DNA of 64,000 bases from positions 15 through 64,014 of IMG/VR virus record IMGVR_UViG_3300017747_002675; one strand, given 5' to 3'. A model generated the notes under the pieces. It had not been told where the DNA came from and ran no database searches. It worked only from the letters and a program-made list of their open reading frames with translations. Each line of letters begins with the position of its first letter. Position 1 is the first letter of the stretch. This DNA is from a virus (Duplodnaviria > Caudoviricetes). Positions 17,575 through 26,942 of this stretch are shown piece by piece. The position numbers and the translations under genes are program-made.

Positions 17575-17762
17575 TCTTCGTCATCTTCGTCGTCTTCTAT
17601 CGAGGCCTCTGCGATGCCTGTGATTAGCATTTTTGCAATAAGCTCTAGCCCGTCACGTCTAGAAAAACCAGCTTCACGTAGAGTGAGGTACATCTCGTGC
17701 ATGCTTACCGCGGCTTCCTTCATCGGTGAGGAATAGTCGTCGTCCCAGTCGCCGCTCATCAC
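17571..17762 (-). CDS. Small acidic hypothetical protein
   Basis: Coupled by ATGA overlaps on both sides. Confidence 0.7.
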   Translation of the reverse strand: MMSGDWDDDYSSPMKEAAVSMHEMYLTLREAGFSRRDGLELIAKMLITGIAEASIEDDEDDED

Positions 17763-18619
17763 GCCTCTTTTCTTTTGTTCTTTTCGATCGCCGTAATCAT
17801 AGAACTAGCATACCATCGTTCCTGCGGAGAAAGAGAATCTAGTATGCTATGATCGTTCACCGAGTTAAGAATTGCTATCGCTGAATCCTTTACGTCGTCC
17901 CACGAGTCACCGTAGATCGCCGGAACGTTTTCAACGTTATCAGTCTTCTTGAGGTTATCCGCAGCCGCGTAATTTGATTCGTAAATGTGAAGTGACCCAA
18001 CATGATGAGCGTATGTGCCAGGCTCAACAGCAAGCACGCTGCACATCGCAAGTTGAACCCTTGTAAATTGGAAGAAGTCATACGCTGCACCCAACCACAC
18101 ATCGTTTGAGCGCATGTATACGCTCATGTTTAGTTTGTTATCTCTGATCCTAAACTGATGAAGAACAGTGCAGGGGTAGTCTCTCTTGCCTTCTTGGTTG
18201 TCGTATTCCGGGTTCCAAATAGTGACAACTGCCTGCCGAGTGTCTCGGTCGTTTTTCAGCTTTTCAATGGCGTAGTCGTACTGACCGTTTGTTCTACGTC
18301 CATACGCTCCATGAAATATTCCGTTGTCTTCAGCGTAGTTCTTAAACTGCGGACCGACGGCGATGACAGTTTCTGGAGTGCTTACTCCACCAAGAAGCTG
18401 ACACGCCTCAACGGCACCGATGCCCGGCACTGTGCCGCGGCCAACACCGAGTGGGAGCGCGGCAAAGATGTTGTCAATGTGAATGACGGCATCTTCTATC
18501 TCTAAGGTGTTGAAGCCGCGTGGAGAAGCCGGTCTGCCGTTGTCAAGAACGTGCTTGACAAGATCGACGTACCCGTTGACAGCGTCCTCGATGTGAATGG
18601 ATTTTACGGAAGTATCCAA
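17759..18619 (-). CDS. Thymidylate-synthase-fold pyrimidine-modifying enzyme, probable dCMP hydroxymethylase/methylase
   Basis: DTRQAV..WN, YPC (C150), MRSNDVWLGAAYD (D181 where ThyA has Asn177), SLHIYE. Confidence 0.8.
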   Translation of the reverse strand: MDTSVKSIHIEDAVNGYVDLVKHVLDNGRPASPRGFNTLEIEDAVIHIDNIFAALPLGVGRGTVPGIGAVEACQLLGGVSTPETVIAVGPQFKNYAEDNGIFHGAYGRRTNGQYDYAIEKLKNDRDTRQAVVTIWNPEYDNQEGKRDYPCTVLHQFRIRDNKLNMSVYMRSNDVWLGAAYDFFQFTRVQLAMCSVLAVEPGTYAHHVGSLHIYESNYAAADNLKKTDNVENVPAIYGDSWDDVKDSAIAILNSVNDHSILDSLSPQERWYASSMITAIEKNKRKEA

Positions 18620-19605
18620 TGCGTGTACCTTTCATCTCTATTGTAGACAAAACTTGTGATTGCTTGGCCATACTCAAAGCGATCTTGATGATGAAATCTT
18701 CTGACGTACTGCGGGTGCGGGAGAACAACGTACCTGTCGTCGTTCAAGCCACACTGGCGAATTTTCTTTTCTGCCAGTCTCCCAAGTGCTACGATCTTTG
18801 GCTGACCAAGAACTTCTAAAAGATCGTTCAGCGAGTCTTCTGAAAAGTCATCTGAGTTGATGATACCGCAGGCTCGCCAACTTGCTTCAGGGAGTGACGA
18901 AAGAAGGTAGTCACCTGAGTTCCCGTTGATAGGCATGAACGGAAGAATCGTCTCGGCTGGGTCATTTCTTTTGTCGCCGATAAGAAGCGAATGCGGCCAC
19001 CTCGGTCCGATGTACGTCGGAAACTTAGAAAGTGGTTCAGCTGCCTTTGATTTTTTTGTCGCGGCGTCAATTATAGCGTCTGCGGCGTACTTAACGTAGT
19101 TTATTCCGTCTGGTATCGTGACCTTTAGCTCTACACCATACGCCTTGTTGTACCCAAACTCGTACCTATCGAGAATGCCGGCAAGTTCATGCGCATCGAC
19201 AAAGTCATCACCGCGGTTATTGATTCTTTCGGTGATGACCTCGAGAGGCTGGTAGACCCAGAACTGCGCAACACCTCGGGACTCGAGGAATAGCTCTACC
19301 CAGCGCCAACCGGCTACCCCAAGAAGACCGTACTCGTCCTTGCACGTCTCGGGGCGCTTGATCGGCGCGTATGTTACCTCTCCCCAGTGCCACCTATCTG
19401 ACACGGCAACACGACCCGTCCAGTCGATGTTTTCAATGGCTACAGCGTACTCGTGAAGAGCCCACCTGCGGGTAAGCTCTTCAGGCTTGCCTTTGTGAAA
19501 CTCTTCTACGTCGGCGCCAGGCCTAGCTCGCTTAAGTTGGCTTTTGATCTCTTCTGCAAGGGTGCTCTTACCTGAAGCGTCTGCACCTTCTAAAACTATG
19601 AACAT
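18604..19605 (-). CDS. dNMP (thymidylate) kinase fused to a UDG-superfamily-like domain
   Basis: N-terminal EGADASGKST and SDRWHWGE; C-terminal LLIGD..SGDYL..PKIVALGRLA..LPHPQY. Confidence 0.7.
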   Translation of the reverse strand: MFIVLEGADASGKSTLAEEIKSQLKRARPGADVEEFHKGKPEELTRRWALHEYAVAIENIDWTGRVAVSDRWHWGEVTYAPIKRPETCKDEYGLLGVAGWRWVELFLESRGVAQFWVYQPLEVITERINNRGDDFVDAHELAGILDRYEFGYNKAYGVELKVTIPDGINYVKYAADAIIDAATKKSKAAEPLSKFPTYIGPRWPHSLLIGDKRNDPAETILPFMPINGNSGDYLLSSLPEASWRACGIINSDDFSEDSLNDLLEVLGQPKIVALGRLAEKKIRQCGLNDDRYVVLPHPQYVRRFHHQDRFEYGQAITSFVYNRDERYTHWILP

Positions 19606-19665
19606 TCGTCAATCCGTCCTTTGGCGGTCTACTATATAACGTATTCAAACGCAAAAGATGATCGA

Positions 19666-20142
19666 TTACGGGATGACCTCGATACGGTATACTGCCTCAA
19701 TCCCTTTATCGATCTTCGACGCTTCCTCAAGAAGCCTTTGAGCAACGTGCGTAAGGTATCTTGCACCGCTCTCGTCATACTTGTAAAGAGCCTCAAGAAC
19801 GGCGTTCGGATCTTCGCTTACCTGCGCCCAGTTGCGGTCTTTTTCGGGGAAGATAACCGCGGCTGAAAGCGAGGCATTGCAGATTTCACACGGGACGAGC
19901 TCTCTGGGTGCAGTGACGGACTGCGTCGGCACCTCACTAAGTCCGTATCTTTTGACGAGGTGACACGTCGCGGCGTGATAGACGACAGACACGCCAACAC
20001 GAGAAAGAACGTACGAGCCACTCTCCGTTTTGTACAGTTCGAACTCTATCCAGCGCAGCGAGTCTCTGCGCCACGACGACGACTTACCAAGAACCTTACC
20101 GTTGAACTGAAGAATTCTGTCTCCGTCTTTTACCTGTATCAT
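19666..20142 (-). CDS. Hypothetical protein
   Basis: Clean ORF with a GAAAGATGG SD-like sequence upstream; RW.E..LY.T..G.YVL pattern. Confidence 0.7.
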   Translation of the reverse strand: MIQVKDGDRILQFNGKVLGKSSSWRRDSLRWIEFELYKTESGSYVLSRVGVSVVYHAATCHLVKRYGLSEVPTQSVTAPRELVPCEICNASLSAAVIFPEKDRNWAQVSEDPNAVLEALYKYDESGARYLTHVAQRLLEEASKIDKGIEAVYRIEVIP

Positions 20143-20220
20143 GCGAATACCATCTTTCGTAGCGAACTAGTTGAATCATAATATGTAAACCATCTTCTCG
20201 TGTTCATAGCAAGACTGTTT

Positions 20221-21381
20221 TTACATCGGATACGAGTCTGGCAGCGAGTCGTAGTTCACGTGGACCTGCTCGTCCTCGAGTCTTTTGTAGAACAGTCTGT
20301 AGACGTCCATCAGCCAATATCTAAACGACTCCGGACACTCAGGAGACGTAGTTGACTTAACCAGAGCCGTGGAGTCCCCTAGCACGTACTTTGCTACAGG
20401 CTGAGGTGGCACAGTCTCTAGCAGATCATTTCTGACGTTCAGCGGCATTTGAAGAGCTCTTAGCACGTCATGACACGTTACTGCCATCGGCTCGTTGTTG
20501 CCGAGCTCAGTGTGCGACCACGCCCACTCAATGATCATCCTAAAGAGCTCATGCGCCGTATGCGCCATACATTGCGGGTGCGTCTGCCATATCTTCTGTG
20601 TTCCGACCACGTCTACGTAGGTCTCGTCTAATTCGCTGTACGTAATGAACGCGATAGGCGCGATGTCAACAGCCATATCATGACGTTTGATCGTCGGAAA
20701 CGCGCCACGACCTTGCTCCTGAGCGTCTCTTGCGCCTTTGAACGACGTTATTTCTGTGTCAAACTTGGCGGTACCGTGCGTGACCTGCTCAAAGCTTTTG
20801 ATCGTGTAGTTGTTTGCCGAACACGCATTTGCGTACGTCTTTGATGACGTTCTTAAGACTGGTTTCCATAGTTGAAAGCCTGTAAACTTTCTTTCCGGCT
20901 GATTTATTATCTCGATGTCCCAGTTCAAACGGCCCTGGTTCCATACGCACGAAAAGTTGTTAGACAACCGCGGGCGCTTAACCGGAGGCTCCCAGTGCCC
21001 GTCAACTGAGTTCCACACCCAGTTCTCAAACGGCTGCGTCTCAGGATCCTTATGATCAGTAAGATCGTTGAACGGCGGTGGCGAAGAAATATGAAACGTG
21101 TCTCTGTTCAATTCGCTTAGTGTTGATCTGTAGTCAGAGTTTGAGTTGACAAAATCTCTTAGCTCATCGAGAGAGTGAATTCTTATCTTAAAGATATCCA
21201 TCATCTCGGGCGAGATTCTTGAGAAATCAAACGTATCTTCTACATTAGAAATTGAAGTCTGACCTTCGTAGGCGTCAAGAAGAAAGAACGTTTTTTCAGG
21301 TGCCGGAAAGTCACCTTTAAGAGTTTCATATATGTTTAGATCTTCGCTAAACTGAAAAAATGTTACGTATTTCATTGTCAT
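20221..21381 (-). CDS. Tail-tip-associated protein, C-terminus paralogous to 958..1677
   Basis: Follows the tail-tip gene with ATGA overlap; PFENWVWN..HWEPPV motif; shared HxC..FR..EW module. Confidence 0.6.
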   Translation of the reverse strand: MTMKYVTFFQFSEDLNIYETLKGDFPAPEKTFFLLDAYEGQTSISNVEDTFDFSRISPEMMDIFKIRIHSLDELRDFVNSNSDYRSTLSELNRDTFHISSPPPFNDLTDHKDPETQPFENWVWNSVDGHWEPPVKRPRLSNNFSCVWNQGRLNWDIEIINQPERKFTGFQLWKPVLRTSSKTYANACSANNYTIKSFEQVTHGTAKFDTEITSFKGARDAQEQGRGAFPTIKRHDMAVDIAPIAFITYSELDETYVDVVGTQKIWQTHPQCMAHTAHELFRMIIEWAWSHTELGNNEPMAVTCHDVLRALQMPLNVRNDLLETVPPQPVAKYVLGDSTALVKSTTSPECPESFRYWLMDVYRLFYKRLEDEQVHVNYDSLPDSYPM

Positions 21382-23573
21382 CCAGTCAATGTCTCGTAGC
21401 TGTAGCGTAGCTGTATTTCTTTAATCGTCGAGTAGTACAGCCCGTCTCCGGAGTAGTACCCGGGGAACACGTTTGCCTTAATGTAGAAATAATAGTCTGC
21501 ATACGTAGGTGTGAGACTAAAACCAGACAGATATATCCAACCGTTTGCGACCGTCCCAAAACCGCCGGAGTCGAACTTTAGATCGCCAGAACCGGTACCA
21601 TTCATGTACACTTGAATTCTGCTAGCCGCTATTGAACCGATCTGTATAGCAACGCCCTCAAGTGTCGCGTCGCGGTATCCTGCTGGTAGTATTGGCCTAA
21701 ATAGGATACTCACAAAGTCATCGTCACTTGAAGTTTTAGCTACCTTTGTTGACGTGGTTACAGTGTATGAGACGGTTCCAAACGCCGCAGAGAACGGGAC
21801 GTCGTACGGGTAGTCGGCGTCGATTCTGGTGACATAGTTTGAGCTAGAGCTTGTTCTAGCACTTGTCCCACCAAAAACACTCGTGCTTATGCCTCTTGAA
21901 GTGTCGACGCGTAGCGATCCACCGCTCGCACTCGATGGGCTAGATATTGCGCTGTCGTACGGTGTCAACGTTAAAATTGCACCAGCCGCAGATGACACCA
22001 GATATGCTTGGTTGTACACAGAGCTGGAGCTACCGACTATTCTTACTTCGTCTCCAGGTTCAAGCCCGATTCTACTTGAGCTGTTTAGTTCTACGCGTAC
22101 GTTGCCGCCTTTTTGAAGAGTAAGAGTGCTGATGCCGTACGATAACGACGTGACAGACGTAGCTATGTTTGGGTAGCCAGCGTCAAAGTCAAACGTGTCA
22201 CTGATGTAGTAGCCGTTTAATCCAAAGGCAGCAGATCTTTCAAAGTACGTTAGATTTTTCACCCTCGTTGCCGTGCCAGACACGGTCTTGTACGGATAGG
22301 CTTCCCACTGCGTACTCGAGTTGTTATCTGAAGACAGATAGTCTTCTGCGGCGCCGTTTTCGCTGGAGTTCGCGAAGATCGCAGAAGAAAAATATGAAGT
22401 CTGACTTGCCGCAGCGTACCCAACTGACGACGGTATGTAGGTTCTAACCCAGAGCTTTGGTCTTACGGTTGCAGAGTAAGAACTATACGGACCGTAGACT
22501 CCAAGAGTCGAGTAGTAGACGCGGGCACGAAAACGGTACTCGTCTGTTTGATTCGCTGAAAACGCGTATGCGACGGTTCGAGTAGTCGCGTCGTTTGTAA
22601 GAAGGTTGCTAGAATCGTTGAACGTGGTCACCGTCCATGATCCGCTAGAGCCGGCAGTTCTTGAGCTACGCTCCCACTGCATATAAGCGCTGCCGTTGTT
22701 GTATGCGTTACCGTCTGACGCCATCGTAAGAACAGTGTCGCTCGTGAACCCGTCGACCTTCACTGGAGTAGACGGAGTGTGAAGAGGGTGAGTTAAGACG
22801 ACGTTTGACGGGTCGCTGTCGTCACTATAGCCAGACACCGGAGACCCGTAATAAGTTCTTGCCGTGCAATAATATGCGGTGTTGTAGCTCAGCCCGGTAA
22901 ACGTCACAGTTCTAGACGTTGTAGTGTCGTTTGACGGCAGATTCGTGCTGTTGACCGTGTCTTGAAGAGTCCCGCCTGGGTAGTCGTACAACCTAAACTG
23001 AATGTACGCCGTCGCGCCGTTGATCGAGTAGTTTGCGTTCGATGACGACGAAAATGAAAGACTTGTCGACGTAATAGTGCCGGTGTTTACCGGAGTTGTC
23101 GGTATGGTCTTGACATAGTCAAGCGTCGTGTCCTCGTGGAGAACGAGCATCGACGGCCCCGTCGAAATGACGTTGTTGCTCGAGTCTAGATACTCGATGT
23201 ACGAATCAAACTGATACGTAGTTCCCCGGGTAAGACCGGTAAAGTTTAACTGCGCCGACGTGTTCGACGACACCATGTTCGACGTAAATACGCTTGTAGT
23301 TTGGTTTGTTGTAGAAAACTGCCCGTCAATCCACACGACTGCACGACGTCTATCGGTGCCGGTGTGGTTGACTCCAATTTTGATCGACGTAAGCGTCTTA
23401 TCGACGGTGTCAAGATCGCTGTACGTCTCGTTTGAGTTTCTAAAATAGAACGGGACCCACGAAGATCCGTCCCAGACCTCGCCTTTGTTGATGTTGACCC
23501 ACGACGAACCGTTCCATATCTCCGGATCTGTCATCGAGTCCCACGATGAACCGTTCCAAACTTCAAGTGCCAT
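21378..23573 (-). CDS. Minor tail / receptor-binding protein
   Basis: Three N-terminal W(N/D)GSSW repeats, FN3-like Ser/Thr-rich segments (FTGLTRGTTY, FTGLSYNTAY), possible carbohydrate-binding C-terminus. Confidence 0.7.
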   Translation of the reverse strand: MALEVWNGSSWDSMTDPEIWNGSSWVNINKGEVWDGSSWVPFYFRNSNETYSDLDTVDKTLTSIKIGVNHTGTDRRRAVVWIDGQFSTTNQTTSVFTSNMVSSNTSAQLNFTGLTRGTTYQFDSYIEYLDSSNNVISTGPSMLVLHEDTTLDYVKTIPTTPVNTGTITSTSLSFSSSSNANYSINGATAYIQFRLYDYPGGTLQDTVNSTNLPSNDTTTSRTVTFTGLSYNTAYYCTARTYYGSPVSGYSDDSDPSNVVLTHPLHTPSTPVKVDGFTSDTVLTMASDGNAYNNGSAYMQWERSSRTAGSSGSWTVTTFNDSSNLLTNDATTRTVAYAFSANQTDEYRFRARVYYSTLGVYGPYSSYSATVRPKLWVRTYIPSSVGYAAASQTSYFSSAIFANSSENGAAEDYLSSDNNSSTQWEAYPYKTVSGTATRVKNLTYFERSAAFGLNGYYISDTFDFDAGYPNIATSVTSLSYGISTLTLQKGGNVRVELNSSSRIGLEPGDEVRIVGSSSSVYNQAYLVSSAAGAILTLTPYDSAISSPSSASGGSLRVDTSRGISTSVFGGTSARTSSSSNYVTRIDADYPYDVPFSAAFGTVSYTVTTSTKVAKTSSDDDFVSILFRPILPAGYRDATLEGVAIQIGSIAASRIQVYMNGTGSGDLKFDSGGFGTVANGWIYLSGFSLTPTYADYYFYIKANVFPGYYSGDGLYYSTIKEIQLRYSYETLTG

Positions 23574-23585
23574 ACTTAGTTCTCA

Positions 23586-24503
23586 CTAACTAAAGTGAAT
23601 GTCGCCTGTAGCCGGGGCAGTTGGTTTAGTCGCGCCGTACGAGATATTTCTTAGGAACCCGCTGGTACCGCCGGAGATAGAGATTGTCGTCGTGCCTGCT
23701 GACCCTGAAGTTCTTGTAGGTCCGAGGTAGCCGCCAACGAGTGGTGTAAGCACTCCAACAGAGAACCAAGCGCTTCCATTTGTGTTTAGGTACGCGTTGC
23801 CTAGTTCGTCTAACGCACCAGACGATAGCGAAGACGCGCCGATCGTCCAACCGCCAACAGATCCGGTAGTAGACGTCATCGAGCCGGCGGGTGTAACCCT
23901 AAACGGCGCGCTGGCAAACGTCGAGTTTCCAAGATAGATACCGTTGGTATCTGCCTTGAAGATCGTCGTACCGGAGCCGATCGTGATCGTGCCACCGACG
24001 ATCGTGTTGCCTGACAAAATTCTGCCGGTGAGAGTTCCCGTTGTGATGTTGGCAGCGTCAATGTTTGAGACGGTGATAACGCTTGCGTCGATTGTGCCGG
24101 CGGTGATCTTATTAGCGCTGATGCTGTCAAGGGCGTTGTCGCCAAGCGTAAACCCGACCCAGCCGGGGCTGACGGGATCTTCCTGATAGCGATAGAACTT
24201 ATTGTCGTCGTCTGTGTCAAACCAGATGTCGCCAGACTTATAGTTGCCACCCGTCGGCTCGCTTGGCTGTCTGTAGATGACGTTCTTGCCGTTCGCGCTT
24301 GCTTGAATAGACGCGACGTTTTCATTTAGCTCTGCGCTAAGGGTCAGTGCGGTAATAGCGCCTGGCGCTATGTTGTCAGAAGTAATCACCCTAGAGCCGA
24401 TGCGAGTAGGGGTGCCACGTCTAACTATCGACGAAACTTTGGTTTCTGTCTCAAGAAACCTCTGACCAAAAGTACGTCTGCTTCTTCTAAGATTACTCGC
24501 CAA
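23586..24503 (-). CDS. Minor tail protein
   Basis: Likely TTG start at 24503 with GGAGG upstream; GDIWFDTDD, I.A..IT.GT repeats. Confidence 0.7.
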   Translation of the reverse strand: MASNLRRSRRTFGQRFLETETKVSSIVRRGTPTRIGSRVITSDNIAPGAITALTLSAELNENVASIQASANGKNVIYRQPSEPTGGNYKSGDIWFDTDDDNKFYRYQEDPVSPGWVGFTLGDNALDSISANKITAGTIDASVITVSNIDAANITTGTLTGRILSGNTIVGGTITIGSGTTIFKADTNGIYLGNSTFASAPFRVTPAGSMTSTTGSVGGWTIGASSLSSGALDELGNAYLNTNGSAWFSVGVLTPLVGGYLGPTRTSGSAGTTTISISGGTSGFLRNISYGATKPTAPATGDIHFS

Positions 24504-26910
24504 CTTTGTCAACCTCCCACTCGGCAAACAGCAGCAGTTCAACTTCTTCTGGGAACGCTACGCCGTCTGGAACTCTTACCTTGATGTTCTCGATCTTTCT
24601 TACAAGAATGTCGTCTCGAATCTCGAGATCGCTTGACATTCTCATCTGTACAAAGTTGTCGTAGATAATGACGGCGCACCAGTCCCCCGGCGCGTACGTA
24701 CCAACAACAGGAGCGATGCTACCGTTTACGCCGATCTTTAGATCGGTAACGGGCGGTCTAAACTCACTTAGATAGCGTTGCGCGTAGCTGTACAGTTGAC
24801 TTTCAGCGTAGGCGTCCTGGCGTGTCTGCGACTCATCAAGAATTGGCCACCCCGCGTTCAACAGGTCTGTCGCGGACGCTACAGCGTACGGTTGGCTAGC
24901 TTCGTCTCCAAGATCACTGATGTTTCCGACAACAAAAAATCTTGTTGCAGCGTTTTCTGCTGACTCGTCCATGGTAACGGTATTTATGTTTCCGGGATAC
25001 TCAAAAACGAGTTCATCAGCGCCAAAACGACTTAGCGGCGACACCTCGCCTGGCGCCGGCGGATTTGGTACGTTGATCGGCAGCAGCACGAACGTTCGCG
25101 TAAACGTTGAAGTCGTCGGATCATACGCGCAGTCGATTCGGTACTCAAACCCATCTACGGTGTCAGAATATTCGTCGAGTTCTTCACCAATTGACCGCAG
25201 TTCGTAGCCTCTGTACGTGCGGTTGTCGATAGTAACGCCGCTGTAGTCGTTAGTAGAAAAGTCGATGCCGATGTCTGAGTTTCCAGGGAACGGGCCATAG
25301 GTGTTTGAGAAGAGACGAGGAGTAACGGTTGCCGACCCTGCCAACGGTACGATTAGGTTGACAGATCCCCCGCTGTCGTACTCATCTACGTTCGAGCTCG
25401 CGATAGCAAAGTACGTTGGAGTCGCGATCGTCACCGTTTCTTCGCTGGAGTTGTAAGAACTTGGAGTCACGCCGGCGATGCTTACCTTGTCGCCAACAGA
25501 AAATGCGTTATCTGCCGTGATAGTAATGTGGCCGGAGACTTCTCCACCAGACACGTACGCGGCAGGAGTACCCGCGTTTAGTATGGTGAATACCTTTTTA
25601 GTTTCAGTGTCCACACTGTAAACTGTCCCGGTGATGTTATACGCTACAGGGTCGACTCCAGTGACGGTCACGGTGTCACCAGCCTTAAACGGCACTATTG
25701 AGTCACAGAAGTACCAGAACAAGCCAAACGCGTGAGCCGTGCTTTCAATCATCGGGTGCGTTATGCTTGTTATCGTCGCTTCGTACACCTCGCTCGACGC
25801 GACGTAGACGTAGTACGTAAACGTCGTCGACGTCGGTATCGAGTTGATCAAGTGCCTACCATCAAACGTCGCGTACGCGGCCGCCGGATCGTCTACGTTC
25901 TCGATATCTACGTACTGCCCGACAGAAAAGCTGTGGCTTGAAGACGTAGTAAGAGTCACAAGGCCAGTTGTCGCGTCCAGCTCTTTCTTAGTCACCGTGG
26001 CAGTTGCTGTAGACGTTGGTGCGCTTACGACATTGGTTGCCGTTTTTGCGTATGAAACGGTATTTGTAGTTGTCGCCGTGACGGTGTAGCTGCCGTCAAA
26101 ACTTGCGCCAATATTCTCAACGTCGACGGTCTGACCGACGCTAAGATCGTGAGCCGAGGACGTAGTTAGCGTGACTACGTTGTCCGTCAGCGCTCTCGTT
26201 GATACGGCGAACTCGTTTCTAACTCCAGGCTGCAGCTCTGAGTTCGGAAATTGAATGTTCGAGAAGTCAACCTGCATCTCTGTAAGAAGCTCACGCGTGT
26301 AGTCATAGGTGTCGACTCTGACCTTGACGGTCGTAGACGCGTACGTACCGACCGGCAGGCTTGCGATGCTTACGGCGAATGACGTGTCCGTAAGACCGGA
26401 CGCAAGAATAGTGTAGTAGCCATTGTATGTGAAGTTTGAGACATCGTAGAACTCAAGCTTTACAGGCGCACCTGCTGTAAAGTCGTACGATCCGCTGCTA
26501 AGTGTCACTACGGTAAGACCGCCTACAGTTGACTTGACCGCCGTGGCGCCAAAGTCGTGGCTGAACGTGCGCCAGATATTTCTGTGATACAGATAGCTTG
26601 TAAATTCAGCGCCCTGAACCGACAGACTTTTTTCGGTCAGACTGTACGATCTGCTCCAGATGATGCCGCCCCAGACGCATTCGTTGTCCCTAACGACGTA
26701 CAACCCCGTCTTGCCTGGCATCGTGTTTTCATACAGGTTCAACGCATCGGTTTCATCGATGACGGCGATGTTGCCGCTGAACTTGCCGGCGCTCTTTAGC
26801 GATCTTTCGTACGAAACGCCTTGAAAAGGAATTTCGGCAAGAAGAGAGTTAGACAGCAGATCTGTTACAAAGTATCTATACTTCGGTGCGGTGGGGTCGA
26901 ACCCTGTCAT
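24493..26910 (-). CDS. Baseplate hub / minor tail protein with several inserted beta modules
   Basis: YRYFVTDLL..LAEIP..SYERSL..G.F.G N-terminus typical of siphophage Tal/hub proteins; downstream of the Dit-like gene. Confidence 0.75.
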   Translation of the reverse strand: MTGFDPTAPKYRYFVTDLLSNSLLAEIPFQGVSYERSLKSAGKFSGNIAVIDETDALNLYENTMPGKTGLYVVRDNECVWGGIIWSRSYSLTEKSLSVQGAEFTSYLYHRNIWRTFSHDFGATAVKSTVGGLTVVTLSSGSYDFTAGAPVKLEFYDVSNFTYNGYYTILASGLTDTSFAVSIASLPVGTYASTTVKVRVDTYDYTRELLTEMQVDFSNIQFPNSELQPGVRNEFAVSTRALTDNVVTLTTSSAHDLSVGQTVDVENIGASFDGSYTVTATTTNTVSYAKTATNVVSAPTSTATATVTKKELDATTGLVTLTTSSSHSFSVGQYVDIENVDDPAAAYATFDGRHLINSIPTSTTFTYYVYVASSEVYEATITSITHPMIESTAHAFGLFWYFCDSIVPFKAGDTVTVTGVDPVAYNITGTVYSVDTETKKVFTILNAGTPAAYVSGGEVSGHITITADNAFSVGDKVSIAGVTPSSYNSSEETVTIATPTYFAIASSNVDEYDSGGSVNLIVPLAGSATVTPRLFSNTYGPFPGNSDIGIDFSTNDYSGVTIDNRTYRGYELRSIGEELDEYSDTVDGFEYRIDCAYDPTTSTFTRTFVLLPINVPNPPAPGEVSPLSRFGADELVFEYPGNINTVTMDESAENAATRFFVVGNISDLGDEASQPYAVASATDLLNAGWPILDESQTRQDAYAESQLYSYAQRYLSEFRPPVTDLKIGVNGSIAPVVGTYAPGDWCAVIIYDNFVQMRMSSDLEIRDDILVRKIENIKVRVPDGVAFPEEVELLLFAEWEVDKVGE

Positions 26911-26942
26911 GTCTGTCTCTCATCTCTGTTTCTTTGTCAAGG

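Noticed and set aside
17759-18619. Ordinary thyA
   Set aside because: Asp rather than Asn at the dUMP-specificity position, and TRQ in place of SRR
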